DNA of 64,000 nucleotides from an uncultured Acidimicrobiales bacterium (GTDB lineage: Bacteria; Actinomycetota; Acidimicrobiia; Acidimicrobiales; UBA10347). This document shows, in pieces, positions 50,997-60,773 of this stretch; within the stretch, counting starts at the first letter, position 1, and every line of letters starts with the position of its first letter. Below the pieces are notes generated by a model. That model was not told the origin of the DNA and searched no databases. It was given only the letters and a program-made list of their open reading frames with translations. The DNA is taken from NCBI GenBank assembly GCA_943788915.1, contig CALSSD010000008.1, positions 1 to 64,000 on the forward strand, written 5' to 3'. Made by a program: the position numbers and the translations under genes.

Positions 50997-51809
50997 CTAG
51001 TTCATCTCGAAGCCGCCGGCGATGGTCAGGGCAACTCCCGTGACGTTCTCCGCTGTCGCCAGATAGACCACCGCCTCGCCCATATCCCGGGTGGTCTGGG
51101 CCCGTCCGAGTGGAATGGTGCTTTCCATGCGGGCCTCGAATTCTTCGTTGCGCTGCGCAGCCGAACTTGCTTCGGTGGGCAACAGGTGGTCCAGCCACAT
51201 CGCGGTGCCGACCATTCCCGGGCAGATGGCATTGACACGAATATTGCTCGGTGCCAACTCTGCCGCCAGCGACTGCGTGATCCCGATCGCGGCAAACTTG
51301 GAACCGCAGTACGCCGACATGTTGGGATAACCCCTCTTGCCAGCGATGGATGCCGTGTTGACGATGCTGGCATTGGCGGCGGCCTGCAGATGGGGCAGCG
51401 CAGCCTGGGTCATCAAGAAGATGCCCTTGGCATTGACTGCGAATATCCGGTCCCACGATTCGGGGTCGAAGTCGGCCACGCTGCCGCTGTCGACGACCCC
51501 TGCGTTGTTGACGAGTATGTCCAGCCGGCCGAATTCGGCAACCGTGGCAGCCACAGCAGCAGCACAACTCTGCGGTGAGGTGACATCCACATGGGTTGCA
51601 CTGATGTGATCGCCTTGTGCCAGTGCTTCGTCGAGGTCGGCTTCATCGGCCAGCGCATACCGCCAATCACCGCTGTCCTGTGCGTCGACCCCAATGTCTG
51701 CGATCATCACCTTGGCGCCGGCGTCGGCCAAACAGCCGGCGATGGCCGCGCCGATGCCGCGAGCCCCGCCGGTCACAAGCGCCACGCTGTCGTTGATCGA
51801 TACTGCCAT
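50997..51809 (-). CDS. Short-chain dehydrogenase/reductase
   Basis: TGGARGIG, NNAG, YCGSK, NAICPG; GGAGG SD. Confidence 0.92.
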   Translation of the reverse strand: MAVSINDSVALVTGGARGIGAAIAGCLADAGAKVMIADIGVDAQDSGDWRYALADEADLDEALAQGDHISATHVDVTSPQSCAAAVAATVAEFGRLDILVNNAGVVDSGSVADFDPESWDRIFAVNAKGIFLMTQAALPHLQAAANASIVNTASIAGKRGYPNMSAYCGSKFAAIGITQSLAAELAPSNIRVNAICPGMVGTAMWLDHLLPTEASSAAQRNEEFEARMESTIPLGRAQTTRDMGEAVVYLATAENVTGVALTIAGGFEMN

Positions 51810-51973
51810 GGATCCCCCTCCATGCGTCGTTGCCGCGATGGTCACGCACCGGACTCGCCTGACAGTAGTCGCACCGTGCGATGCGTCACACCGGGAGCGT
51901 GTCGACTGCGACATACACCGCCTGGCTCTCCGTTCATGATGACGTCATACCCATCAACCAAAAGGACACCGTC

Positions 51974-52201
51974 ATGGACCCCTTCCTCGGACAAATCATT
52001 CTCTTCAACACACCAGCCGCCAGAGAGACGTACCTCAAATATGAGTTGACCAACGTGCAAGTAACGGCCTTCCAGGTCAACGCCTCTGGTAACCGATACG
52101 GCAATTGCGCTCCCCGGCGCAGTGAGCAAAACGCCGCGGACCCGCTGGCGTCTTCAGCCGCCTCCGCCGAACCAGCGATTCGTTACCCGCGAACTGCATG
52201 A
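51974..52201 (+). pseudogene. Chimeric relic: tail-collar-like N-terminus plus Hcp-like segment
   Basis: AAAGGA SD; MDPFLGQIILF followed by RETYLKYELTNVQVTAFQVNASG. Confidence 0.45.
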
Positions 52202-52261
52202 ATGACAGGCTCCGCCGGCGCTCGACTGGATTCGCCCGGCCCAAACCTCCCCTTTTCCCAT

Positions 52262-52291
52262 TTGACAGATCGTACAAACGTTCGATAGAGT
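52262..52291 (+). promoter_or_regulatory. SigA promoter with a LexA (SOS) box in the spacer
   Basis: TTGACA (52262-52267), 18-nt spacer, TAGAGT (52286-52291). TCGTAC-AAAC-GTTCGA (52270-52285) is one mismatch from TCGAAC-N4-GTTCGA. Confidence 0.8.
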
Positions 52292-52444
52292 GATCTCACG
52301 AGCTTTCGGGCTCGAGCTTCCCTTTTGCCACGCCGGGGACATCCAGGCAGGCCTCAAAATTGAGAATCCACGATTCGCCGCTTGATGCTGGTCGTGGGTG
52401 TGCGAGAAGGGAAATGCGTGAATGTTGTCTGTTGTTGAAGACCC

Positions 52445-53782
52445 ATGATTGTTGAGGGCCCCACGATTGTTGAGGGCGCCACGGTGGGGTTCGACGATTC
52501 GGGACCGCCAGGGGTCACGACCGGTGAGATCGGCGATGTTGTCGCCGGGTTGCGTGAACTGGTTACTGTCGGCGTCACAGTGTCATCGGTCGCCCACGCC
52601 AAAGAGCAGCTGGACCTGTACGAACAGATCAGCCGTTTGGCCGAGGCCGGCCAGGTGCAGGTGTTGGGGGCAGTCGACGCTTCTGGTGTCTATGTCGAAC
52701 ATGGCCACTATTCCGCCACGGTGATGCAGCGCCACCAGACGCAGTCATCGAGTGCAACCGCTACAGCCCGCGACAAGACCCGCCGCATGCTTAACCAATG
52801 CGACCAGATCGCCGAAGTGTTCTTCGACGGCAAGATCGGAGTCGACCACATCCGGGTGCTGGCCCGAGCCTTCTCAAACCCACGCACCGTCGACGCCTTC
52901 ATCCAACAGCAGCACCGCTTCATCCAATGGGCCGAACGACTGGCGTGCAAACGGTTCGAGGCCCGGGTCGCAAACTGGGTGCGCACCAATGACTTCGACG
53001 GCCCCGAGCCCAACGACCGAGCCCACGAGAACCGCGACGCCAAGCTGACCCAAGACCACTTCAGCGAAGCCTGGCAACTCCGCGGCACCTCCAGCTCTGC
53101 GGTGGGCGCCGAACAACGCGAGATCCTCGACGCGTACATCGAGGCCGAGTTCCACAAGGACTGGGAAGCCGCCAAGGCCGTGTTCGGCGACGACGTCTGT
53201 GTCGACAAGCTCGCACGCAAGCCGGCACAACGCCGAGCCGATGCGCTGCACCAGATCTTCCTCGACGCCGCTGCGAACCCCAACTCGTCAGCACGAGGAA
53301 AGACCGTGCACAACATCGTGTGGACCGCCGAGACCTACGCCGAGATGCTGCGGCGTTTCGCCGGCGCCGAACCCACCCCGTTTGATCTCGACACCTACCG
53401 GTGCTCAACGGTCGACGGTGACCCGATCAACCCAGCCGAAGCTTTCATTGACAGCCTCACCAGCCAGATCCGGCGAATAGTCATCGATGCCAGGGGTGTA
53501 GTCATCGACATGGGCGAGGCACGGTTCTTGACCGGCCTGGCCCGACTCGCCATGCAGATCAGCAACGACGAATGCTGCTGGCCCGGATGTCACCTACCCA
53601 CCACCGCCTGCCAAGCCGACCACATCCTCGCCCACACCAAAGGAGGCCAGACCGACCAGCACAACATGGTCCCGTGTTGCGCCTTCCACAACCGCACCAA
53701 AGAGCGCGGCTACACCGTCTGGCGCGACACCAACACCGGCGAGATCCACATCGTCACCCCAGGCGGCGAACAGATCCAGTAG
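52445..53782 (+). CDS. DUF222-HNH endonuclease, copy 2 (true start possibly 52422 if one base is missing)
   Basis: AQRRADAL, IDMGEARFLTG, CCWPGC..CQADH..GGQT..N..CCAFHNRTK; clear paralog of copy 1. Confidence 0.88.
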   Translation: MIVEGPTIVEGATVGFDDSGPPGVTTGEIGDVVAGLRELVTVGVTVSSVAHAKEQLDLYEQISRLAEAGQVQVLGAVDASGVYVEHGHYSATVMQRHQTQSSSATATARDKTRRMLNQCDQIAEVFFDGKIGVDHIRVLARAFSNPRTVDAFIQQQHRFIQWAERLACKRFEARVANWVRTNDFDGPEPNDRAHENRDAKLTQDHFSEAWQLRGTSSSAVGAEQREILDAYIEAEFHKDWEAAKAVFGDDVCVDKLARKPAQRRADALHQIFLDAAANPNSSARGKTVHNIVWTAETYAEMLRRFAGAEPTPFDLDTYRCSTVDGDPINPAEAFIDSLTSQIRRIVIDARGVVIDMGEARFLTGLARLAMQISNDECCWPGCHLPTTACQADHILAHTKGGQTDQHNMVPCCAFHNRTKERGYTVWRDTNTGEIHIVTPGGEQIQ

Positions 53783-54015
53783 CCGAAACCGAAGCATTCA
53801 TCAGCTTCGGAGCCGAGACCTCGCGCTGATCCTGTCCTCAGCGCACATGAGGCGGCCAACATCCGCGTGACCAACAGCACGACGATTCCGTCACGGGTTC
53901 CACAGCTACGTGGGCCCGTGGCGCGCTACTACCTAGAGAACGCATGGCCGATCTACGTCAACATGCGCGCACTCTCGGCACCCCGGAATCTCAACGTCTC
54001 CTGACAGAATGAAAC

Positions 54016-54938
54016 GTGCTTCCTGCCCAGGTTCTTGCCTTCGCCGATCGTGGGCCCGACTGGGCGGACTTCGTCGACCATCTCCCCCGGCTCGTGCGCG
54101 ACATCTCACAGGAATGGCAGCTGACCCCCGACGGGCCAGCGCTCCACGGCTACACCGCGCTTGTCCTACCCATCGTCGCTTCGACCGGCCCCGCCATGCT
54201 CAAGATCGGCTTCCCCCACGATGAATCCGAACACGAACACCTGGCCCTGCAGCACTGGCACGGCAGCGGTGCGGTACGACTTCTACGCGCCGACCCCCAC
54301 CGAGGCGCACTCCTACTCGAACGGCTCGACACCCAAGACCTAACCAACAGCTGGGACCTCGAGGCATGCCAGATCGTCGGGTCGCTCTACAAGATGCTGC
54401 ACGTGCCCGCCCTGCCACAACTGCGCACGCTGACCTCGTACACCAGCCGATGGACCGAACGACTTGCAGCGTTACCCCGCAGCGCACCCCTACCCCGCAG
54501 CCTGATCGAACACGCAGTATCGCTCGGCCGGGACTTCGCGACCGACCCCGCCACCAACGGCACGCTGATTCACGGCGACCTGCACTACGCCAACGTGCTC
54601 GCGTCGTTACGCACCGACGGGCCGGAATGGTTGGCGATCGACCCCAAACCATGAGCGGCGACCCCCACTACGAGATCGCTCCCCTGCTCTGGAACCGCTG
54701 GGACGAACTCGCCAACTCACCCAGCGGACAGAGCGTGCGCAACGGCATACGCGGCCGCTTCCACGCAACGATCGACGCCGCAAGCCTCGACCAAGGCCGC
54801 GCCCGCGACTGGGTCATCGTTCGCATGCTCCACAACGCACTGTTCGAGCTCGAAGAACATCCCGCCGGCGGACCAAGCCACCCCAACGCTGACTATCTCA
54901 CCATGTGCGTCACCGTGGCCAAGGCCGTTCAGGACTGA
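54016..54938 (+). CDS. Aminoglycoside/hydroxyurea resistance kinase, APH(6)-like (apparent frameshift near 54650)
   Basis: ALLLERL, IHGDLHYANVL, WLAIDPKP, then MSGDPHYEIAPLLWNRW in the next frame. Confidence 0.85.
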
Positions 54939-54984
54939 GCCGTGCAGCCAGCACGACGACCACCAGTAGTGCCACCGACTACTG

Positions 54985-55740
54985 CTAAGCCATGGGAATT
55001 GGCATCCACAGTCGCTCGACAGACAGCACACTCGGCCGGTCCTCGAAGGAGTAGGAACGTCCACCGGTTGAGAACGCAACGCCGGCTACGCACCGCGATC
55101 CGAGCGCGTCGCGCAACTTGCGCAGACCGTTGACGTCCTTCCCTGAGATTCGCTGACTCGCCTTCACTTCAAACGCGATCACTCGACCGTCGTCATGCTC
55201 GGCCACCAAATCGACTTCGTTGCCGTCAAAAGTTCGCCAATGACCCACCGTCACCGGGAACGGCAACCACGAGATCTGGTTGCGTAACTCGCCAACCACG
55301 AACGTCTCGAGCAAGTGACCGAACTCAGAAAGGCTCGTTGGGTCCAGAGTCACTAGACGTTCCTCGGTGCTACGAGTCAGCCGAGCAGCCAACCCCGAGT
55401 CAACCACGTGCATCTTGGGCTGCTTGGTCGCTCGCGAACGCAGGATTGCCCCCACGCGGGGAGTTGCTGCACCAGAAACAGGTCTGCAAGGAGCCTGATG
55501 TACCCGGTAACCGTGGTGCGGTCCGCACCAACGGTCTCTTCGGGTGCATCAAACAGCGCAACAATCAGATTCGATCGCAACGACCGACTCATCCAAGACC
55601 CGTTCATTGAACACAGCCAGAACCCGTCGCCCGCGCACCTCTCCAGACGATCGCTCATCTCACCATCGCAACTTCACAGCAGGTCTAATCTGCAAGTTTG
55701 AGGCCGACAACGCAGATCACTGGATAGACGTACTCAGCTG
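54985..55740 (-). pseudogene. Remnant of an AAA+ ATPase with DUF4143 domain
   Basis: YIRLLADLFLV..PAW / PKMHVVDSG / GHLLETFV / HWRT..EVDLV..FEVKAS; the N-terminal ATPase part is missing. Confidence 0.75.
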
Positions 55741-55785
55741 ACCACGGTTTCCGCGACGGGTCGGTCCGTGTCGTAGGTTTCTGCG

Positions 55786-56064
55786 ATGAGCCGAACCGAG
55801 TTTGACCGCATCCGGACCGAGGGTGGCTACGACGAGCCGTACGTCGTCGACTTTGCCGTACGAGGCAATCCCGAGATGCACGCGCATCCATTCGATGCAG
55901 TGCTCCTCATGACCAGCGGCGAGTTCACGCTCAAGTTCGAATCCAACGAACAACAGATGCGCGCTGGCGACCTGTGCATGGTCGAGGCGGGAACGCTGCA
56001 CGCCGAGGTGTGCAACGCAGGCGAAGCAATCGCCATCGCCGCCGCTCGCCCCGTCTCAAGCTGA
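55786..56064 (+). CDS. Small cupin protein
   Basis: HAHPFD..SGEF..AGD..AGTLHAE; leaderless TAGGTT-N6-ATG. Confidence 0.8.
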   Translation: MSRTEFDRIRTEGGYDEPYVVDFAVRGNPEMHAHPFDAVLLMTSGEFTLKFESNEQQMRAGDLCMVEAGTLHAEVCNAGEAIAIAAARPVSS

Positions 56065-56219
56065 CCCCGCACCTACCTGCCCTGAGAGCAGTGACGTCGT
56101 GCGGCTCATGCAGGGTCGACCGCAGCGTCGATTCCGCAGCGTCGATTCCGCAATCAAGTCTGGACCCAGAACCCGTTGGTGTCCTCGACTTCTCGAAGCG
56201 AGTCGCTCTCGACCCAGGG

Positions 56220-57210
56220 CTAGTTGCCGTAGTGCTCTGGCATGCCCTCGCCCGAACGCATGTCTTCGATGGCGCGGGTCGCGTCGGCAACAGCTGATTC
56301 GAGTTCGGCGATGACGGCATCGCTATCGCTGGTGAACTCCAGCTGATCGATCAGCGTGGCCAGGCGACCCTGGGTCCGCCATGCCGCCATCTTTGCCCAC
56401 TCAGTGAACAACACTTCGGGATCGTCGACACCGATCAGGTCCCTGGTTCGGCTTTGTTCCTCGCGTGACGTGTCGAGGGCGACGTAGCCGTTGACCATCG
56501 AGATCCGTTCACACACCGAATGCAGCGGACCGGCCCGATGCACGACCATGTTGCCGTGCAGCGCGATCGCATAACCCGGCCCAGGGAACTCGGGCTGCAC
56601 GGTCCGCTCACGCGGTGGCACCTGCCCTGTCGAGGCCAGCTCGGCCGCCTCGTGTTTCGTTCCCACGAAGTACTCAAACCGACCGCCATCGACCTCGGCC
56701 GGGTCCGTGACCGTCAACACGAAGTCAAGCGGCAACGTGTCGTGATGCCATTTGTCGATCGGCTTCTCAACATGGTTCGGCGAGAAGTTCATATGCCCAA
56801 GATGCATGGGCATCGGGTGGGGCGCAATGTCGATCCCGTAGATCACCTCGAGATGCGCATTGAGCTCCTGACCAATACACAGGTCACGCAACCACTTCGA
56901 TCGATAACAGCCGCCCCGCACCATGTTCTCGATGCGGTCGCCAGCATTACGAGCGTAGGGACGCAGCCGCCGCGCCGTCTCCAACATGATGGCTGCACCC
57001 TCGTCACTCAGGATGCGAAATGGTGATGACACCGCAACCGGCGTGGCCTTGGTCGCGATTTCGTCCTCGGTGTATCCGAGGTCAGCGAGCATCAGGATCT
57101 CGGCAGGAGCCTCGAGCTGAAGATGCCGTTGCCGGATCAAACATCGGCTCGTCGTCGAGCCATTCATAACCGGCAGGCAGCGTCTCGGGAAACGGAACGG
57201 CAATACCCAT
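56220..57210 (-). CDS. Uncharacterised Fe(II)/2OG oxygenase-fold protein (apparent frameshift near 57130)
   Basis: [15 protein letters not shown] then HLQLEAP..SPFRILS; WHHDT, GGRFE, VVHRA, RISMVN. Confidence 0.7.
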
Positions 57211-57385
57211 GAAGGCTCTCTCGACATGCGGTGAACGTGGTCGATCAGTATGGCCGACACGCCGCGACTTCACCGACTGTGTCACACCGCAGGAGTACTT
57301 TTGCCGCAGGCTTCCAGGTCTGAACCCGGAGCCGGGGCCTTTCTCACTCTTTAGGTCCAGGCCACCCGCGGTCTACGGTCTGGTC

Positions 57386-59119
57386 ATGAGCACTGACGAT
57401 CGAACTCGGTACTGGACTCGGGCCAACGTAGAACTGCGGGCCGCGGGATTTGATCCCGCCGACGTTGCTGGCCGCACCGCCATCATCACGGTGGCCGCGC
57501 CGTACACAAACGCGCACCGGTGCAACAACCGGGTGCGCCAGATCGGCGACCTGATACTGGAAGAGATCGAAGCTCGCGGCGGCCAAGGATTGCTCGTGGG
57601 AGCGCCCGCGGTCTCCGACGCTCTCACCCAGGGCACACCCAACGCCGGCTACAGCCTGGTGTCACGTGACCTGATCGCCGACGCGATCGAGTTAGGACAT
57701 CGCGCCCATCACGCCGAAGCACTCATCGTGATCTCCGGCTGCGACAAGGTTGGCGCCGCGGCAATGATGCCGCTGGCCCGCACCAACGATGTCGGCATCG
57801 TGATCTACCCCGGCACGAGTTCGCCCGGATGTGTCGACTTCGAGCCGTGGGCATCCAAGGGCAACAACCTCACGATCCTGGACTACGCCGAGGCTCGCGC
57901 CGCCGAAGGAGCCGGCCGCATCACCGCGGATCAGCTGCTGCGTATCGAGACCAACATCATGCCCGGCAGCGGCACCTGCGGCGCCATGTTCACCGCCAAC
58001 ACGATCAGCACCATCACCGAAGCAATGGGCATGATGTTGCCCATGGGCGCGTCCCACCCGGCCGACATCGATGCCACCAGCAACCTGCACGACGATGTCC
58101 TGAGCCAGATCGGGCCGACCGTCGACGCTCTCATCGCCGCACTCGAAACCGGGCTTCGACCCCGCGACATCATGACCATGCAGGCGTTCGAAAACGCCAT
58201 CACCACCGCCTATGCCATGGGCGGCTCGACCAACATGTTCCTGCACCTGCTGGCGATCGCCCGAGAAGCCGACGTGCCGCTCACGATCGAACACATCCAA
58301 CAGGTCGGCGAACGGGTGCCGCTCATCGCCAACCTGCAACCACACGGTCCGTACGCGATGGTGTCGCTCCACCAGGTTGGCGGCGTGCCGGTGGTGATGA
58401 AGGAACTGCTGCGTGCCGGCCTACTTCATGGCGACGCGATGACGATCACCGGCAAAACCGTGGCCGAGAACCTGGCCGACGTGCCAACGCTCGACGAACT
58501 CGGCGACCAAGACATCGTGTTGCCGGCCGCTACACCGATCGCCCCAGCCAACAATCACATCACCGTGCTCACCGGCAACCTGGCACCCGAGAGTTGTGTG
58601 CTCAAGCTCGGTGGCAAGACCCTGGACAACGGCAGCTTCACCGGCCCCGCCCGAGTGTTCGAAAGCGAACGCGACACCATGGACGCGATCCGCGCCGGCC
58701 AGATCACGCACGGCGATGTCATCGTCGTGCGCAACGTTGGACCCGTCGGAGAACCCGGCATGCCCGAGATGGTCATGCTCACCATCGAGCTCCAAGGGCG
58801 GGGTCTCGGCAAGGATGTCGCCCTCATCACCGACGGCCGTTTCTCGGGCGTATCCCACGGCATCCTGATCGGCCACGTCTCGCCCGAAGCCGCTCGTGGC
58901 GGTCCCATCGCGGTCGTCCACGATGGCGACTCGATCACCATCGACCCCGCAGCGCGCACCGTGACACTGGACATCGACGACGACGAACTCGCACAACGAA
59001 TGCAACAGTGGACCGCGCCGCCACTACCGGCCGACGTGCGCCCCGGTTCGGTCCGCGAGAAATACACCCGGCTGGTGTCGTCAGCCCACCACGGCTGCGT
59101 CCTCCACCCCCTCGGGTAG
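57386..59119 (+). CDS. ilvD: Dihydroxy-acid dehydratase family (IlvD/Edd)
   Basis: [47 protein letters not shown]. Confidence 0.88.
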   Translation: MSTDDRTRYWTRANVELRAAGFDPADVAGRTAIITVAAPYTNAHRCNNRVRQIGDLILEEIEARGGQGLLVGAPAVSDALTQGTPNAGYSLVSRDLIADAIELGHRAHHAEALIVISGCDKVGAAAMMPLARTNDVGIVIYPGTSSPGCVDFEPWASKGNNLTILDYAEARAAEGAGRITADQLLRIETNIMPGSGTCGAMFTANTISTITEAMGMMLPMGASHPADIDATSNLHDDVLSQIGPTVDALIAALETGLRPRDIMTMQAFENAITTAYAMGGSTNMFLHLLAIAREADVPLTIEHIQQVGERVPLIANLQPHGPYAMVSLHQVGGVPVVMKELLRAGLLHGDAMTITGKTVAENLADVPTLDELGDQDIVLPAATPIAPANNHITVLTGNLAPESCVLKLGGKTLDNGSFTGPARVFESERDTMDAIRAGQITHGDVIVVRNVGPVGEPGMPEMVMLTIELQGRGLGKDVALITDGRFSGVSHGILIGHVSPEAARGGPIAVVHDGDSITIDPAARTVTLDIDDDELAQRMQQWTAPPLPADVRPGSVREKYTRLVSSAHHGCVLHPLG

Positions 59120-59201
59120 ACACTTCACGATCGGCCAACGGCTGGTCGATGAGAAGAGCGAAACATCAGCCTGCAGGTGCACAGAGCTAACGTCGATCGG
59201 C

Positions 59202-59966
59202 ATGACGACCTTGACAACGATCGATGTGGCCCAAGCCACCGGCAAGCCAATCCTCGAATTTGGACGGGCGTGGATGGTGTCGCCCGCCACTGCGGCCCGG
59301 GCTGCCGAACTCGAACTGGTCGCTTCCGGGCGATTCGGGTTCTGGGTCAGCGGACGCGCCGGGGTGCTCGGTGACGTGGACCCATCGGTCGCTGCATCTG
59401 CACTTGGGTTCATGGCACCGAGCGCAGTGCGCGAATACTGGAGCGTTCGGCCCGCCTCGCTCTCGGCGTGGGATGCAGCTCTTGCATGGTTCGGCTGTGC
59501 CGCTACATGGGGCCGCAACGCACTGACCGTTATGCCAGAAGCCGACGTCCGCCGGTTGGCAGATCTGGCTCGCAAGGTCATCGACCATGCTGATCTCTCC
59601 ATCGGCACGCTGTTCGCCGGCTCCACGCTCATACCACTTCCCGGCGACGCCGCCGGCGACGCGACCATCAACCTGAATGTGCTGCGTGAACTCCGAGGCG
59701 GCGCACATCTGGCGGCTTGCCATGCGGCCGGCCTTGGACCACACGCCACAATCATGTCCACCGACGACCCGGTGCGAGCCGGTTCGGCATGGGCCGAAGG
59801 TTTCGGATGGCGTGCACCACACCCGACACCGGACCCAGAAGCCAGGGTCCGGGTCGAGGAGTTGACCACCATCGCCACCGCCCGGTCCTTCGAACCACTC
59901 GAGCCGGCCGAACGAGCCGACTTCGTTGAGCTGGTCGCCGCAGCCCGAGCGTGCCTGACCGACTGA
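59202..59966 (+). CDS. SCO6745-like protein
   Basis: FWVSGRAGVLGDV..ALGF, LRELRGGAH, RVEELT. Confidence 0.75.
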   Translation: MTTLTTIDVAQATGKPILEFGRAWMVSPATAARAAELELVASGRFGFWVSGRAGVLGDVDPSVAASALGFMAPSAVREYWSVRPASLSAWDAALAWFGCAATWGRNALTVMPEADVRRLADLARKVIDHADLSIGTLFAGSTLIPLPGDAAGDATINLNVLRELRGGAHLAACHAAGLGPHATIMSTDDPVRAGSAWAEGFGWRAPHPTPDPEARVRVEELTTIATARSFEPLEPAERADFVELVAAARACLTD

Positions 59967-60030
59967 CAACTGCAATCCGTCAACCCACGAGGATGCACCC
60001 CGCAGTCGTCGGTGAACCACAATGGGCCCC

Positions 60031-60426
60031 GTGGATGACGACGACAGAAACCGCCAGGCAATGGCATCGGCGGCAAACGCTGCGTACTACGACGCGTTCG
60101 AACGCAAGGACTTTGCGACCATGTCCAGCCTGTGGGAACCAAGCGACCGGACCGTGTGCACCCACCCGGGATGGCCACCCATCCACGGAACCGACAAGAT
60201 CCTGCAGTCTTATGCCAGCATCTTCAACGGGCCGCAAACCCTGCAGTTCATCTTGACCAACGAGCTGGTCGTGGCCGATGGAACGCTCGCCTATGTCTCA
60301 ATCGATGAGAACCTGGTCGACGAAAGCGGATCGACCTCGTCCACGTCGGGCCTCAACATCTTTAGCTGGAACGATGGCCGATGGCTGATGGTTGTGCACC
60401 ACGCCTCGCCAATCATGAGTCGTTGA
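60031..60426 (+). CDS. NTF2/SnoaL-like protein
   Basis: ANAAYYDAFE, CTHPGW, WLMVVHHASP. Confidence 0.85.
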   Translation: MDDDDRNRQAMASAANAAYYDAFERKDFATMSSLWEPSDRTVCTHPGWPPIHGTDKILQSYASIFNGPQTLQFILTNELVVADGTLAYVSIDENLVDESGSTSSTSGLNIFSWNDGRWLMVVHHASPIMSR

Positions 60427-60773
60427 ACCACACACCCCCGCTGCTTCGAAGCATGAGGCATGCACTGTTCACCGGAGAAGAGGGACTCGCAGCCCGACAC
60501 ATGACGTTGGCTGCGGCATAGACCTGTCGCATAACCCTGTGCGCTCCGGGTTCGGCCGGAGGACCTTGTGCACTGGTCGCCGCGAGTTCGACGTGACCGC
60601 CCACCTCACGGTGACACGAATTCTGAAACCTATCGGCGGCACCCTGGAGTGTTTTTTGTCACCGCCTGATCGGGCGCGACGCCGCCCCTCCAACCGGAAG
60701 GCGAGATCCGGCCGCCATCGAAGCCTTGGCCTTGCCGCTGGGCTGACCTAACGTTTGGGACCTGAACGGCGAG

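Noticed and set aside
49993..51567. 524-aa ORF as a single fused protein
   Set aside because: The upstream part is an alternate frame over the SDR gene; the hydrolase starts at 50862 with its own SD.
54016..54938. APH(6)-like gene as a bona fide acquired streptomycin resistance gene
   Set aside because: The family is widespread in actinobacterial chromosomes, there is no mobile context, and substrate cannot be inferred from motifs.
56220..57210. BesD/HalD-type halogenase
   Set aside because: The metal motif is HxD, not HxG/A.
60656..60678. TTGTCA upstream of the SNF2 helicase as another regulon promoter
   Set aside because: No -10-like hexamer at the 11-nt spacing.
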